The notes below the pieces were generated by a model, which was not told where the DNA came from, ran no database searches, and worked only from the letters and a program-made list of their open reading frames with translations. A stretch of 64,000 nt of DNA, from the NCBI RefSeq assembly GCF_009914755.1, contig NC_060939.1; one strand, given 5' to 3'. Positions 1 through 12,582 of this stretch are shown here, piece after piece. The number at the start of each line of letters is the position of its first letter. Position 1 is the first letter of the stretch. A program made the position numbers and the translations under genes. Source of the stretch: the human T2T-CHM13v2.0 reference genome, Homo sapiens.

Positions 1-147
1 ACAAAGATTATAAAACAGTAAAGAAAGTTATATGGATGTAAAAACCTTCTTTTAATCTCAGTTTTCGTAAATGATTAAAAACAACTAATAACAATGACAT
101 AGTAATTATCTTGATAAAATGTAAAACCTGTTTCTTAGGCCAGTTAC

Positions 148-1134
148 TGTGGGCGGAGGATTACCTAGGTGCTGAGGCAAGAGACTAAAAGCACAAACTG
201 TTTCAATATAATAAAAAAATAGTTAAAATAAAAATAGTCATAATACAAATTAAATATAAAGATGATCATAAACAATTACCAATCATTATTATAAACATTA
301 TTAATCATTAGTTTTTAATATTACTCTTTGTTACATTACTAATATAACGTAAAAATAACCGGCAAATATAAGGTCAAGTACTAAAGAGACATTATAAAAC
401 GTGACCTAAAAAACAAGAGGTGAGCCTTCTGTCACACCCACATAAGGTCCGCTTGTGAGCTCCTTAGTCAAGCGATAACGCCAGTGTCTAAAAAGGCACC
501 CATTACTTAACAAACCACAAAAGAGAGTCTTCTTTCCTTAAAAAACTCAAAAAACTCTACTCCACCAACTTCTTATAAAAGGCTAAATATTATCCAGGCC
601 TGCCCACAGTCATCCAGAGGCCTAAACCCCTCCCTATAGTACTGTGCTTCAATAGTCACGCTCCTTGTCCACTTTCATGTTCCTCCCATACTCCTAGTTC
701 CTCCTCAAAGTTCATAATAAATAGTGACAAAATAAAAGTCTTAAAATCTTTAATCTTTCTTATAAGTGCAAAAAAAAAAAAAAAAACAATAGAAACCATC
801 TGACATATACTGCCTTCTCTCTCTGCTTCGGCTACCTAAAAGAAAAGGGCCCCTAATCCTATAATCACGTGACTTACTTCACCTTGTCAATCACTTAAAA
901 GATTCACCCTTCTTACCCTACCCCTTGTCTTATATACAATAAATATCAGCGAGCCCAGCCGTTCGGGGCCACTACTGGTCTCCACATCTTAATAGTAGTT
1001 GTCCCCCGGGCCCAACTGTTTTCTCTTTATCTCTTTGTCTTATATCTTTATTTATTACAATCTCTCATCTCCACACACACAAAAAAACACTCACTAAGCC
1101 CCATAGGACTAGACCCTACATCTGCTGCCCAACG
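148..1134 (+). mobile_element. LTR13A-like (ERVK) LTR plus partial PBS
   Basis: TGTGGGCGGAGGATTACC start, GACCCTACA end at 1120, AATAAA in R, then TCTGCTGCCCAACG; TSD AGTTAC at 142-147 and 1135-1140. Confidence 0.85.
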
Positions 1135-1603
1135 AGTTACCAGAAGGCAAAGAAAGACCTTCTGCAGTGTGATTGCTTCTCCTTATGAGAAGCCCACTTA
1201 GACAACCTGAAAGTCAAACCTGATGAACAATGTAAACATAAAGAAAAAGGCTTTTTTAATTCTCCTGAGTACAGAATCAAGTTATACTGGAGGAAAGGCT
1301 TGCTTTTCTAGACCCTCAAGATAAACATTTCAGCATCGGGTCACAACAGCACTTAGAACTTGACAGAAAAAAATAATTACAGGAGTTGATGAAAAAGTTG
1401 GAGAGAATGATCATCTCAGTCTTTTTCAAGTAGAGCATAAAAGCTGAAAGCAGCAAGACACAACACAGTTGCACTTCTGAGCTATGAATCTGAGAAGTTT
1501 TAAAAAGAAGTAGATTATAGAATCAAAATCAAAACCTCTTGCACAAAACTGCTTCCCATACAAAATTATTCTCTTTTCCTTATAACCTTTCCTACCTGGA
1601 TCA

Positions 1604-1680
1604 CCTGGGCTCAAGTGATCCTCCCATCTCAGCCTGTTGAGTAGCTGGGACTACAGGTGTGTGTCACCACACCAGCTAAT
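1604..1680 (-). mobile_element. Old Alu/FLAM fragment
   Basis: CTGGGCTCAAGTGATCCTCCC...GCTGGGACTACAGG. Confidence 0.75.
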
Positions 1681-1954
1681 ACATATTAATATCCACAATT
1701 TCTGTTTTCACATCTCTCTCCTATACTTACTGGTTCCTTTCTTCCTTGTTTCATAAATAACTTTTCCAAGTACATAACTTGAATCAACCTTTAGATAACT
1801 TCTGAATTATACAAAATTATCTTTCTCAATAAGAACACATCTTCTTCAGCACATTTTATATGCAAAATTATATAATAACTAGAATTTGTATTCTTAGTAA
1901 CCTTAAATTTTAGTGAAAACCTAGGAAGCAAGAGATCTTGGACTGTCTCTCAGA

Positions 1955-2228
1955 TTCACTCTGTTGCTCAGGCTGGGTGCAGTAACAGTGTCATGACTCA
2001 CTGCAGCCTTGAATTCCTGGGCTCAAGTGATCCTCCCGTCTCAGTCTCCCGAGTAGCTGGGACTGCAGGTGTGTGCTGCCACACCCAGCTAATTTTTATT
2101 TTTATTTTTTGTAGACACAAGTTCCCTCTGTGTTGCAGGCTGGTCTCAAACTCCTAGGGTCAAGCAATCCTTCTGCCTTGATCTCCCAAATTGCTGGGAT
2201 CACAGGTGTGAGCTACCATTCCTAGTCC
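1955..2228 (-). mobile_element. AluJ-like
   Basis: Dimeric Alu with J-type GGGCTCAAGTGATCCTCCC. Confidence 0.85.
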
Positions 2229-2282
2229 ATAATCCTTTTGAATGGAAAATAACACAGACATTCAACAAGCATCTAAGATAAT

Positions 2283-2327
2283 TTCTTTTTTTTTTATTAT
2301 ACTTTAAGTTTTAGGGTACATGTGCAA
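2283..2327 (-). mobile_element. Very short L1PA 3' end
   Basis: T-run plus ATTATACTTTAAGTTTTAGGGTACATGTGCA. Confidence 0.75.
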
Positions 2328-3015
2328 TATTTAAACTTACACAAGGAGATCACCTACAGCATTTACCCTATTTATATTTCATTCATTTTTAGCAATTTAT
2401 TCAGATTACTTACAAGAATATAGATATTAGAGCTAGCCATTATTTCCTTGTTAACCATTTTTATAATGTGTGAATATCAGGTGTTCACCTAAGAAAGAAA
2501 CTTAAAGTGAAATACATGGATCTTTTCACCAATAACTCAGAAGATTCAGCTGTTTTCATTAAACCAACAACATTAAATTAGTCTTACTTAAAAATCACAC
2601 AAAAATTATTTTGTTCTTGCCTGGGTTTACAGTCTTACACCTTTTTGTGCCATACCCTGACCCATTAAAATAGCTAGCACAGACAAATATAAAATCTGGA
2701 CAAAAATGTGTGCTGACAATTTCAAAGACATTTGAATTTTTATTTTATCAATAATCTTAAAGCCAGCTTATTGATTCAATATTTACTTAAGTCACATCAA
2801 TTTGAAAAATACTTGGACTGACTGAATTTATGAGCACTCTTTTACTTATAAGCCAATTTGGTACCCAGTTAAAACAACACAAAACAAAATAAATGTTCAT
2901 ACACATAAACTCATCTAGACATACACACACCCATAAACAAAGATCCAATAGCTTTTACCTCAGAACTCTAACCATTAGATAAGAATACAAACTCACCAGT
3001 TTACATACATATTCA

Positions 3016-3435
3016 TTTTGCAGAACGTTCTCCTTAGTTCAGCTAAAACCAGGTTCTTGTCACATAACCAGGAAAGATTAGGCTCACGGATACATAGAAG
3101 GGTTAGGAGCAGAATTTACTGGGTGAAAAGGAAAAAGAAAAAGAACTCAGCATAGGGACATGGAGTCCTGCTAACTGGCCCTCCACCTCATAGATTGAAT
3201 CCCAGGTCCCCACAGGGGAAGTGAAGAGGCCAGGCTTCTCCCCGCTGCAAACAGCAGGAAAGTCCCGAGGCTCCACCCCGCCCTCCCAGTGCTCAGGTGG
3301 GCATTACTCAGAGAGAATCAGTGGGGAAATGGTGGGCTTCATCTGGGACCAGCGGTCCGGTTTTTCAGCCTTCAGGGTTTTAGGCTTGAAGGCAGGGTTT
3401 CACCAGGGACCCCTGGCCACCTCCTGTCTCTATTA
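3016..3435 (-). mobile_element. ERV1 solo LTR (MER61-like)
   Basis: Degenerate termini with 4-bp TSD TTCA (3012-3015, 3436-3439); family name from memory. Confidence 0.65.
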
Positions 3436-3876
3436 TTCACATGGATAAACTTTGCCCTGATAGGTAATTTGATGAAAGCTGTGAAACAACATTTTGGGTA
3501 AAGCAGTGGTAGCTTAATTTTAAAGGCCAAACCTTCCTAGACCCCAGAGAACACTGGAGACAAACATACCACAGAAGAGCATCACATACTAAGCAGGTCT
3601 AACTCTGCTTACAACAGCAGTATAAAATCCAGGATACATGAGACTCTATCCTACTTTCCTATTCAACAGCAAAACGAAGACAGCACTACAATTCAAAGAC
3701 TTTCTGAGATCAGACAAGATAGCGCATGTTCAGAGTTCCCGTATGGCCTTAGCCATCAGCCCACATCTACATTCACATCAACCCCAGTGAGTGCAACTAG
3801 AGGGGGCTGCATCCTGGGATTGAACCTCAACCTCCCACAACTACATCAACAACCACACAATCAAGAAAATACCATT

Positions 3877-4325
3877 CGCTTGAACCTGGGAGGCAGAGAT
3901 TGCAGTGAGCCGATATCACACCACTGCACCCCAGCCTGGGTGACAGAGCGAGACTCTGTCTCAAAAAAACAAACGGCCGGGCGCGGTGGCTTACGCCTGT
4001 AACCCCAGCACTTTGGGAGGCTGAGACAGGCGGATCACGAGGTCAAGAGATCGAGACCATCCTGGCCAACACAGTCAAACCCCATCTCTAAAAAAAAAAA
4101 AAAAAAAATTAGCTGGGCCGGGTGGCGGGCGCCTGTAGTCCAAGATACTCGAGAGGCTGAGGCAGGAGAATGGCGTGAGCCCCGGAGGTGGAGCTTGCAG
4201 TGAGTCGAGATCACTGCACTCCAGCCTGGGCAACAGCGCAAGACTCCGTCTCAAAAAAAAAAAAAAAAAAAAAAAAAAAAACAGAAAGAAAGAAAAGAAA
4301 AGAAAAACAAACAACAACAACAAAG
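3877..4325 (+). mobile_element. 5'-truncated Alu with a full AluY (3975-4281) inserted in its tail
   Basis: Right-monomer fragment then GGCCGGGCGCGGTGG...; outer TSD AAGAAAATAC(C/A)AT. Confidence 0.9.
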
Positions 4326-4885
4326 AAAATACAATCCAACTGCTGCAGCAATGAACAAGCCTCCAAAGTGTCCAAACTGAAACAGTATTTCCTCTCTCGA
4401 TCAGATGGACTTGTTCAACCTGCAAACAGAAATTATTTTGCAATTTTCCAAATTGAGAGAAGCCCAACCTGCTCTCTGGTACCCACAAAAGATACTTGCC
4501 CTGACACACAAACAGTTACTAACAAGCCCCCAAGAGTGTCCAAACTGAAACAATCGGGTGTTTTCTCTCTCCGTCAGTTGGGCTTTTTAAACCTGCAAAA
4601 TGCCTTTGGAATTTCCCAACTTGAGCGGAGCAGACCCCACCGTCTGGGCCCACAAAAGACACTCACCTGTCCAGATGCAGATGTCAAATTTCAAAGGCTG
4701 TTCTTCCTAGGCAATCAGGAATGTGGTTGAGGCCGGCACTGGCGATGCCAGAGAGAGAGACTAAAACTCACCTCCAGCCATAAAATGGCAGGCAGCTTCT
4801 TAGGAGGGCTTCTGAGACTCCCAGCCCTTGGCAGCAGCTGAGCCATGAGCAACAGCAATGCATTCCAGATCAGGGAACCAAAATC

Positions 4886-5305
4886 TGTTACCAAAATGCT
4901 AGGGGTTTGGTCTAGGTTCTGCTGCTCACCACCCAGAAAGCCAATCACTGAGACAATATCGCCAGGGAAGGAGGCTTTAATCAGATGGTACAGCCAAGGA
5001 GAGCTAGAGATGAAATCTCAAATCCATCTCCTTGACCGACTAAAATTGAGTTTATGTAGTGAGGAAGGTGGAAAAACAGGAATTAGAGAGGAGTAAGGAA
5101 GCAATCATAATGGATGAGGGGTCTGGCCTCTCATTGTCTGGATGCAGTGATCTGTCAATTCTTTGCCTGTGGGTTGGTTTCCTGAGGAAGAAACTCAGAT
5201 GAGACAAAGGTAAGTTTCAAGTTTGAAGACGAGGGAGGGACAGTTTCAATATTTATTCAAAAATCCTGTAAATATCAGTTCTATGGGACAATTGGGCTGA
5301 TTACA
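4886..5305 (-). mobile_element. LOR1-like LTR (5' LTR of the element above)
   Basis: TGTTACC...GATTACA termini; resembles recalled LOR1 consensus. Confidence 0.7.
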
Positions 5306-6015
5306 GAACCAGAACCTATAATAAATGATTTCTTACAATAAATTGGCTCACACAATTATAAAAGCTGAGAAGTCTCATGATTTTCCTTCTGCAAGCTGGA
5401 AATCCAGGAAAGCTGGTGGTGTAGTTCCATCCAAGTGTGAAGTCCTGAAGCTGGGAGAGCCAGTGGTGTAAATCCCAATCTGAGTACAGGAGAAGATGGA
5501 AGTCCAGGCTCAAAAATGAACAGGGCAAAGTCTCCCTTACCCTGCCTTTTGTTCTATTCAGAACTCCAGCAGTCTGGATAAGACCCAGCCACACTGGAGA
5601 GTGTTCTCTGCTTTATCTTGTCAACAGACAAAATGTTAATTTCATCCAGAAACATCCCGTAAAATATTTAACCAAATAGCTGGGCACTCCATGGCTGAGT
5701 CAAGTTGACACATAAAATTTAACCATCCACCTCTTGCCAACTTGCCACTCATACACATCTCCTTAAATCATATTTAATCTCCAAATGAAGGCAATAACAG
5801 GTCATACCTCCAGCAAATATGATGCAACTACACTGAATACCCTGAAAATGCATTAATCCCTTCCTCAGAAGTTGAGATATAATCCTTGAGTGATGTTTAT
5901 TCTTCTCCATGACATTCTGTAACTTAAATGCTGGATGTAAAGTGAACAATACTTAAATACTATGATAATCGGTCAATACATCTTATGCTGCATGATAAGG
6001 GGTTAAGAAATTGAG
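5306..6015 (-). mobile_element. MLT2 LTR plus ERVL internal fragment
   Basis: AATTGGCTCACACAATTAT...CTGCAAGCTGG...GTCAAGTTGACACATAAAATTTAACCAT. Confidence 0.7.
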
Positions 6016-6535
6016 TGTCATAGCTTGTTCATGTCAATACTGCCTCAGTATTCAGCTTGTCCTGTCTCTGACTTGTCGCCCTTGAGCTACATTTTTTGAG
6101 GCAGTCTCCACATTTTTCCCATTTTTGTGTTCTAGATACATAAGGCTCCATAACATAAACTGTTTGAACACCTTACTTCTGCTTTAAGCCTGGTGACCCT
6201 GATAATATATCCCCCTGTTTCTGCACTGAGCTTTTCCATTCCCTTCAAATTAATCAATCAACCCTTGTTGCAGGAAACCCACCTAGGTAATACCCTGGAC
6301 CCCAATAAAGTCTTCAGCTTACAGATTCCTCTTTATCTCTCTTGCTTCCCACCCGCTAGTTGAGCATGTGGGTCCAAGACAGCCCCGCTTTTCCCACTGG
6401 CCCTGTGAGGCATGCTGCCCTCTTTGCTGAACTGAGTAATAAACTTATCTTTTGGCCATTTCAGTCTGAGTATTCCTCACTGTGCCACACGTGACTGTAC
6501 CAAATCTAACTTAAATTATTTTAAAATTTGTAACA
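6016..6535 (+). mobile_element. ERVL-class LTR (MER54/MER73/MER74/LTR53-type), probable 5' LTR
   Basis: TG...CA termini, GGTAATACCCTGGACCCCAATAAAG motif shared with the 9000-9880 LTR, followed by TGG. Confidence 0.55.
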
Positions 6536-6948
6536 ACTGGCCTCACTGTTGGTGAGGGACACCCTCGAAGTCCTTTTGACTGCTCTTGGCTGACAAACTG
6601 GCTGACCAGAGTGGCTATGACCATCTAGGAAGGCTCAATCACTTGCTGGCCTAGGACCACACTGCTGTGTGCTGCTGGGTGCTGCTTACGTAGAGTGCTA
6701 GCAAGACTCCTATCTTAAATTGTGGATTTGAAAATCAGAGTATATTTGGCCAGCTATGACCCAGAAAAATGGGAGGACCTCCTCCATCACTCCTGGGAGT
6801 AAATGGTTCTGAGTCACATTGGTTGCAGAGTAATGAAAGGTCCTTGCAAGCTAGCAAGATATTTTAGGGGACAGGTGGTGTACAGCTCCCACTGGCTTGA
6901 AGCTGTTAGGCAAGATATTGAGTTAGTGTTTGGAAATATATGGAGATG

Positions 6949-7240
6949 GGCCGGGCACAGTGGCTCAGGTCTGTAATCTCAGCACATTGGGAGGCCGGGA
7001 CAGGTGGATTACCTGAGGCCAGGAGTTCGAGACCAGCCTGGACAACATGGCGAAAGCCTGTCTCTACTAAAAATACAAAAGTTAGCCAGGTGTGGTGGTG
7101 GGTGCTTGTAGTCCCAGCTGCTTAGGAAGCTGAGGCAGGACAATTGCGTGAACCTGGGAGGCGAAGGGTGCAGTGAGCTGAGATCGCACCACTGGACTCC
7201 AGCCTGGACGACAGAGTGAGACTTCATTTCAAAAAAAAAA
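6949..7240 (+). mobile_element. AluS-like
   Basis: Dimeric Alu; TSD-like ATATATGGAGA. Confidence 0.92.
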
Positions 7241-7590
7241 TACATATATATATATATGGAGAGGACAACTCCTTTACCCCCCATTCTGCTGTATCTGTGG
7301 ATGGTATTGGGAACGATTTACAAAGGCCCTACTTAGAAAGAGGGGTGTCCCCACTAACTAGGGAGTCGTGATACCTCATAAAGGGTATGCTGTCGGGATC
7401 TGCCATCCCATTGCTGCTGCCTTTTCTGTTGCTATTGTTCTTTGCTCCCTAACTCTATGGGTTACTGAGGGTCTAACTCCTGATGCTCAGTGACCAATGA
7501 CTTAACGACTCAGATTAAAGGGCTGGAATATCTCATTCCTATCCCTTGCAAGATCCCTGAGGAGATCAGCAAACTATTAAAGAAATTTAA

Positions 7591-7964
<374 letters not shown>

Positions 7965-8287
7965 CTAAAGCCTTGGTCTCAGGCTCACAAGAGCTTGGGG
8001 CCTTGCCAGATGATCCTGCCACTGTTGCACTAGTGGGAACAAATCCAAACCCAAATGAGGTCAATTAGAATATCTGAGAGAGGCAGGTAGCTACCTACAA
8101 ATAGAACCAATAAAAACCAAAAACCTTCCCAGAGGTCACTGGCAAGGTCAAACTTGAGGGTGAACAATAGAACCTAGAAGACAAGACCAGAAATTTTATC
8201 TAATTAGACGTTCAAATTATTCTTAAAGGTTTTAAGATGATGAGAATGTTATAAGTGGCAAGTATCAAACTCTCACAGCACCAAATA

Positions 8288-8994
8288 TGTTACTGGCAGA
8301 AGATAACCAAGTCACCAGTGGGGAATCCCTATAGGTCTGCAGCAACCTCAATTCTTGCCTCCTCAGAAGAAAGAATTCGACTGAGGGGCATAAGGCAGAA
8401 AAAGAGACCGAGGCAAGTTTTAGAGCAGGAGTGGAAGTTTATTTAAAAAGGCTTTAGAACAGGAAAGAAAGGAAAGTATCCTTGGAAGAAACCCAGGCAG
8501 GCATGTGAAAGTCAAGTGCCGTGTTTAACCTTGATCCTAGGACTTTTTAGGCTGGCCCCTTTCCCATGATTCTTCCCTTAGGGTGGGCTGCCCGCATGCG
8601 CAGTGCCCTCCTTACGCTTGGGAGATGAGCACGCATAGTGTGTTTAGGAAGTTGTATGAATGCCCATCTGAGATTTCTTCCCTTTTCTGGTGAAGTGCCC
8701 CCAGAAGGTCATACTCCTGCCATTTTATCTCTTAGTGCGCATGCCCAGGCTCACTCGCCCAATACCTGAGATTTTATTGGAAGCCTCTTTTGCCTCTCCC
8801 TGGCACCTGCATTCAATTAACACTTTAATGCAACAGGTGTGGACCATCAGGATATGACCTTGCCCTGGTGCCTGCTGCCAGATTATCACTTTTAGAGAGG
8901 CAATGTGATAATTGCCTTACCATCACCTGACATTCCTAGTGGATGGGGGAGAGCCCTATCCTGCCCCACTCATGCCCGTCTGCCTACTGTAACA
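8288..8994 (-). mobile_element. MER50-like LTR
   Basis: TGTTACT...TGTAACA termini; GGTCTGCAGCAACCTCAATTCTTGCCTCCTCAGAAGAAAGAATTCGACTGAGGGGCATAAGG. Confidence 0.8.
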
Positions 8995-8998
8995 AGAA

Positions 8999-9880
8999 CG
9001 TAGTGCTATTCGTATAACTTTATATTGACTGCCTCAGCATCCATTCTGAATGTGTTCAACTTTCTCATACCGCAAATGGAGCTCAGTCAACCTTAACACA
9101 GTTTCCAGTTCCCTGCGTCTTCCCCATTCCTCAGTTCAGTTAGTCCAGATATCGGCATTGTACAGCCTCCCTATGGGATAGCTACATACAACCTACTTGA
9201 TTGGTCCCACTGACCTCCACACCCCATGTGGAATGCTTAGATATGCCACAGCGACTACCTCTCAGTCATGGCGTGACTTCCTGGAACTCGAGCCTACTTG
9301 CTCTACATCTACCAGTTAAAACTTCCCACAGGAAGCCTGCCTGGGTAATGCCTTGGATCTCAATAAGCATTTTGGTTTTCAGGCCCTTTGCTCATTCCCT
9401 CTTGCTTCTCGCACAAGCGTGCATGTCCCAGATGCCCCCACCCTTCCCATCGGCACTCAGACACGAGCTGCCCTCTTCTCAATGGGACCTGTAAGGAATT
9501 TGCTGCTTCTGGTATTTCATGTGTTTTGCTGTGCTGCCTCCTCTGTGTCTTACCTGACTCACACACCCAAACCTGACTCTCCTTCTGGTCAGGGATCTCC
9601 CAGAGAGCGGCTATCTTGGTAGGAATAGAGTGGACACAGTCAGGAGCCTCCACAGCATTTGCCAGGACAAACAAGGTTCAGGTGAGAGGGACAGCTGGTC
9701 ACTTGTCAGATTTTTAGGGATTCGGCTGTCCACCAACATAAAGAGGTATTCCATAAAGGAATATCGTCAACATCCACGACCACCTCCCCTGGAACCCCAG
9801 CAGGATATGGCTAAAGTTTATAGCCACTCTCCAGACAGAGAGAGAGACCTCAAGATGAAATTAGAGAAAAATCACAATAC
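8999..9880 (+). mobile_element. MER54-like LTR
   Basis: Ends CTCAAGATGAAATTAGAGAAAAATCACAATACA; resembles recalled MER54. Confidence 0.65.
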
Positions 9881-10558
9881 AAGAGGGAGCAGGTTTATTG
9901 TTACATACGTTTAATATAGGGTCAAGTTACTACTAAGGGATACTGCGGTGAGGCATATCCTCAAAATTAGGCATAACCAAAGACTTCCAAACCTGTAACT
10001 TATTAAAGGGTCCCATATATTATGAACCAAATTCTGACATGATTATCATGGCCCTCCAAGGGGTCAAACTAAATCTAGAGAAGCTGAACTCCCAAAATAG
10101 AAGGGAGGGTTATAGAATACTCATATGATGAGTACTGACCTTCAACCCAAAGAGAAGAGGAGGAATGAGCACGGCCCTTGCTTACTTGGGCTTTTAAGCC
10201 TGGAAGAGGCTCATCCCCTAATAGCAGACATTGCTGCTGAAGCACAGGGACAGTGGGAAACCACCAAGGACACTTGGTCCCTTTGAGGTAAAACTGGCAT
10301 ATGGTTTAGTGTGTATGTCATTTCTCTGAACACCCCAAATAAAAATGATAATGAATATATTTCTAACTCGGAGGAGGCCCCTTTTGACCCCAAGTCAAGA
10401 AAATACTTTTTTTCCCAAGAGGTATTGTCCAGCTACCATAAACAGTCCTCAGTTTGGTGAGGGCAGCTTACACTATCTATGAGGCATGGATGGAATTGAT
10501 TTGCTGGCTGGCCATGAGGAAAGCATAAGTCCCAATTCTCAAATATTAGTGTACTCTC

Positions 10559-10888
<330 letters not shown>

Positions 10889-11123
10889 TACTAGTATATT
10901 CTCAAATAATAGTATGATAATAAGGGAGACTTGCCTTTTTATAGGAGGCCTGGACAAACCACACCAGTGCCACCGCCACAATCACCTCAACCACGGCACA
11001 GCCCATGAGCACCCCCCGAGCTCCTAATCACCCCTTACATTGGCAATTAAGGGAGACAGAGTGCCAAGCTATGTAATTTCAGGACAACTAGCATCCAGAC
11101 TTCAACTAAAGATGCTCTAATAA

Positions 11124-11450
<327 letters not shown>

Positions 11451-12218
11451 TCAACCTAGTCAGTTTGAAAAAATCTGCACAAAAGCCCTCTGCTGTTCAA
11501 GACAATAGCCTTACTCAGGCTGTGCCATTCCTGACTTGCACAAGGAGAGCCCTCTCGACCTCTATCATAGGGGTCTGTTGCCTCTGCAGGTCTTGGCCCA
11601 CCACCCACAGACAATTGCCCTCTGGGGGTTCACTGGAATGGGAAAAACTCACAGACCTTTCTGACGTTATTAGATACAGGTGCCCAATTCACAGTACTTC
11701 TGAAAAATCCTAATAATTATAATGAAGGAACACCCTGTGACTTATAGGGGATTGCCAGCAAAACAATCTCTGGTAACAGGTGACCTTTGATGTAAGCATT
11801 GGCTCTATTTTTATTAAACAATTCCCAGTGGCCGCGGCCCCACTGGCTGTCACTTTCTCCACCGTGGGAATGGATACATGTTAGAGTCAAGTTAAATCCT
11901 TAGTGCTACTGGTGGGAGAAATGGGAACCAGTGCACTGCCCCATCCCAATAGAGATGGCACATAATCCCAATATCAAATAAAACAGGGTACTGAGGGCTA
12001 CGTGATTACTGTCATTACCGACCTCCTCAAGGGGGGTGTCATTGTTCCTGCAAATTTCACCATTTAGTGGCCCCCTCTGGCCTGTACTCGAGGCCTCTAT
12101 AAGCAAATAGAGATTAGCCATAGGCTGCCACAATTTAAGCAGTCAGGTCCATCCAATAAAGGTTTTAACTGTAAACATTGCAACTGATAATACCGGTGCC
12201 CTTTTTCACAGCCAATGA

Positions 12219-12582
<364 letters not shown>

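Larger units (their letters stand above)
1..4885 (-). mobile_element. ERV1 (LOR1/MER4-group) internal remnant interrupted by younger inserts
   Basis: tRNA-Glu-type PBS (plus strand TTCCAGATCAGGGAACCA, 4863-4880) abutting an LTR; leader direct repeats at about 4350-4670; no coding capacity. Confidence 0.65.

Noticed and set aside
4863-4880. tRNA-like sequence
   Set aside because: Only an 18-nt retroviral PBS; no tRNA body or A/B boxes (same for 35630)
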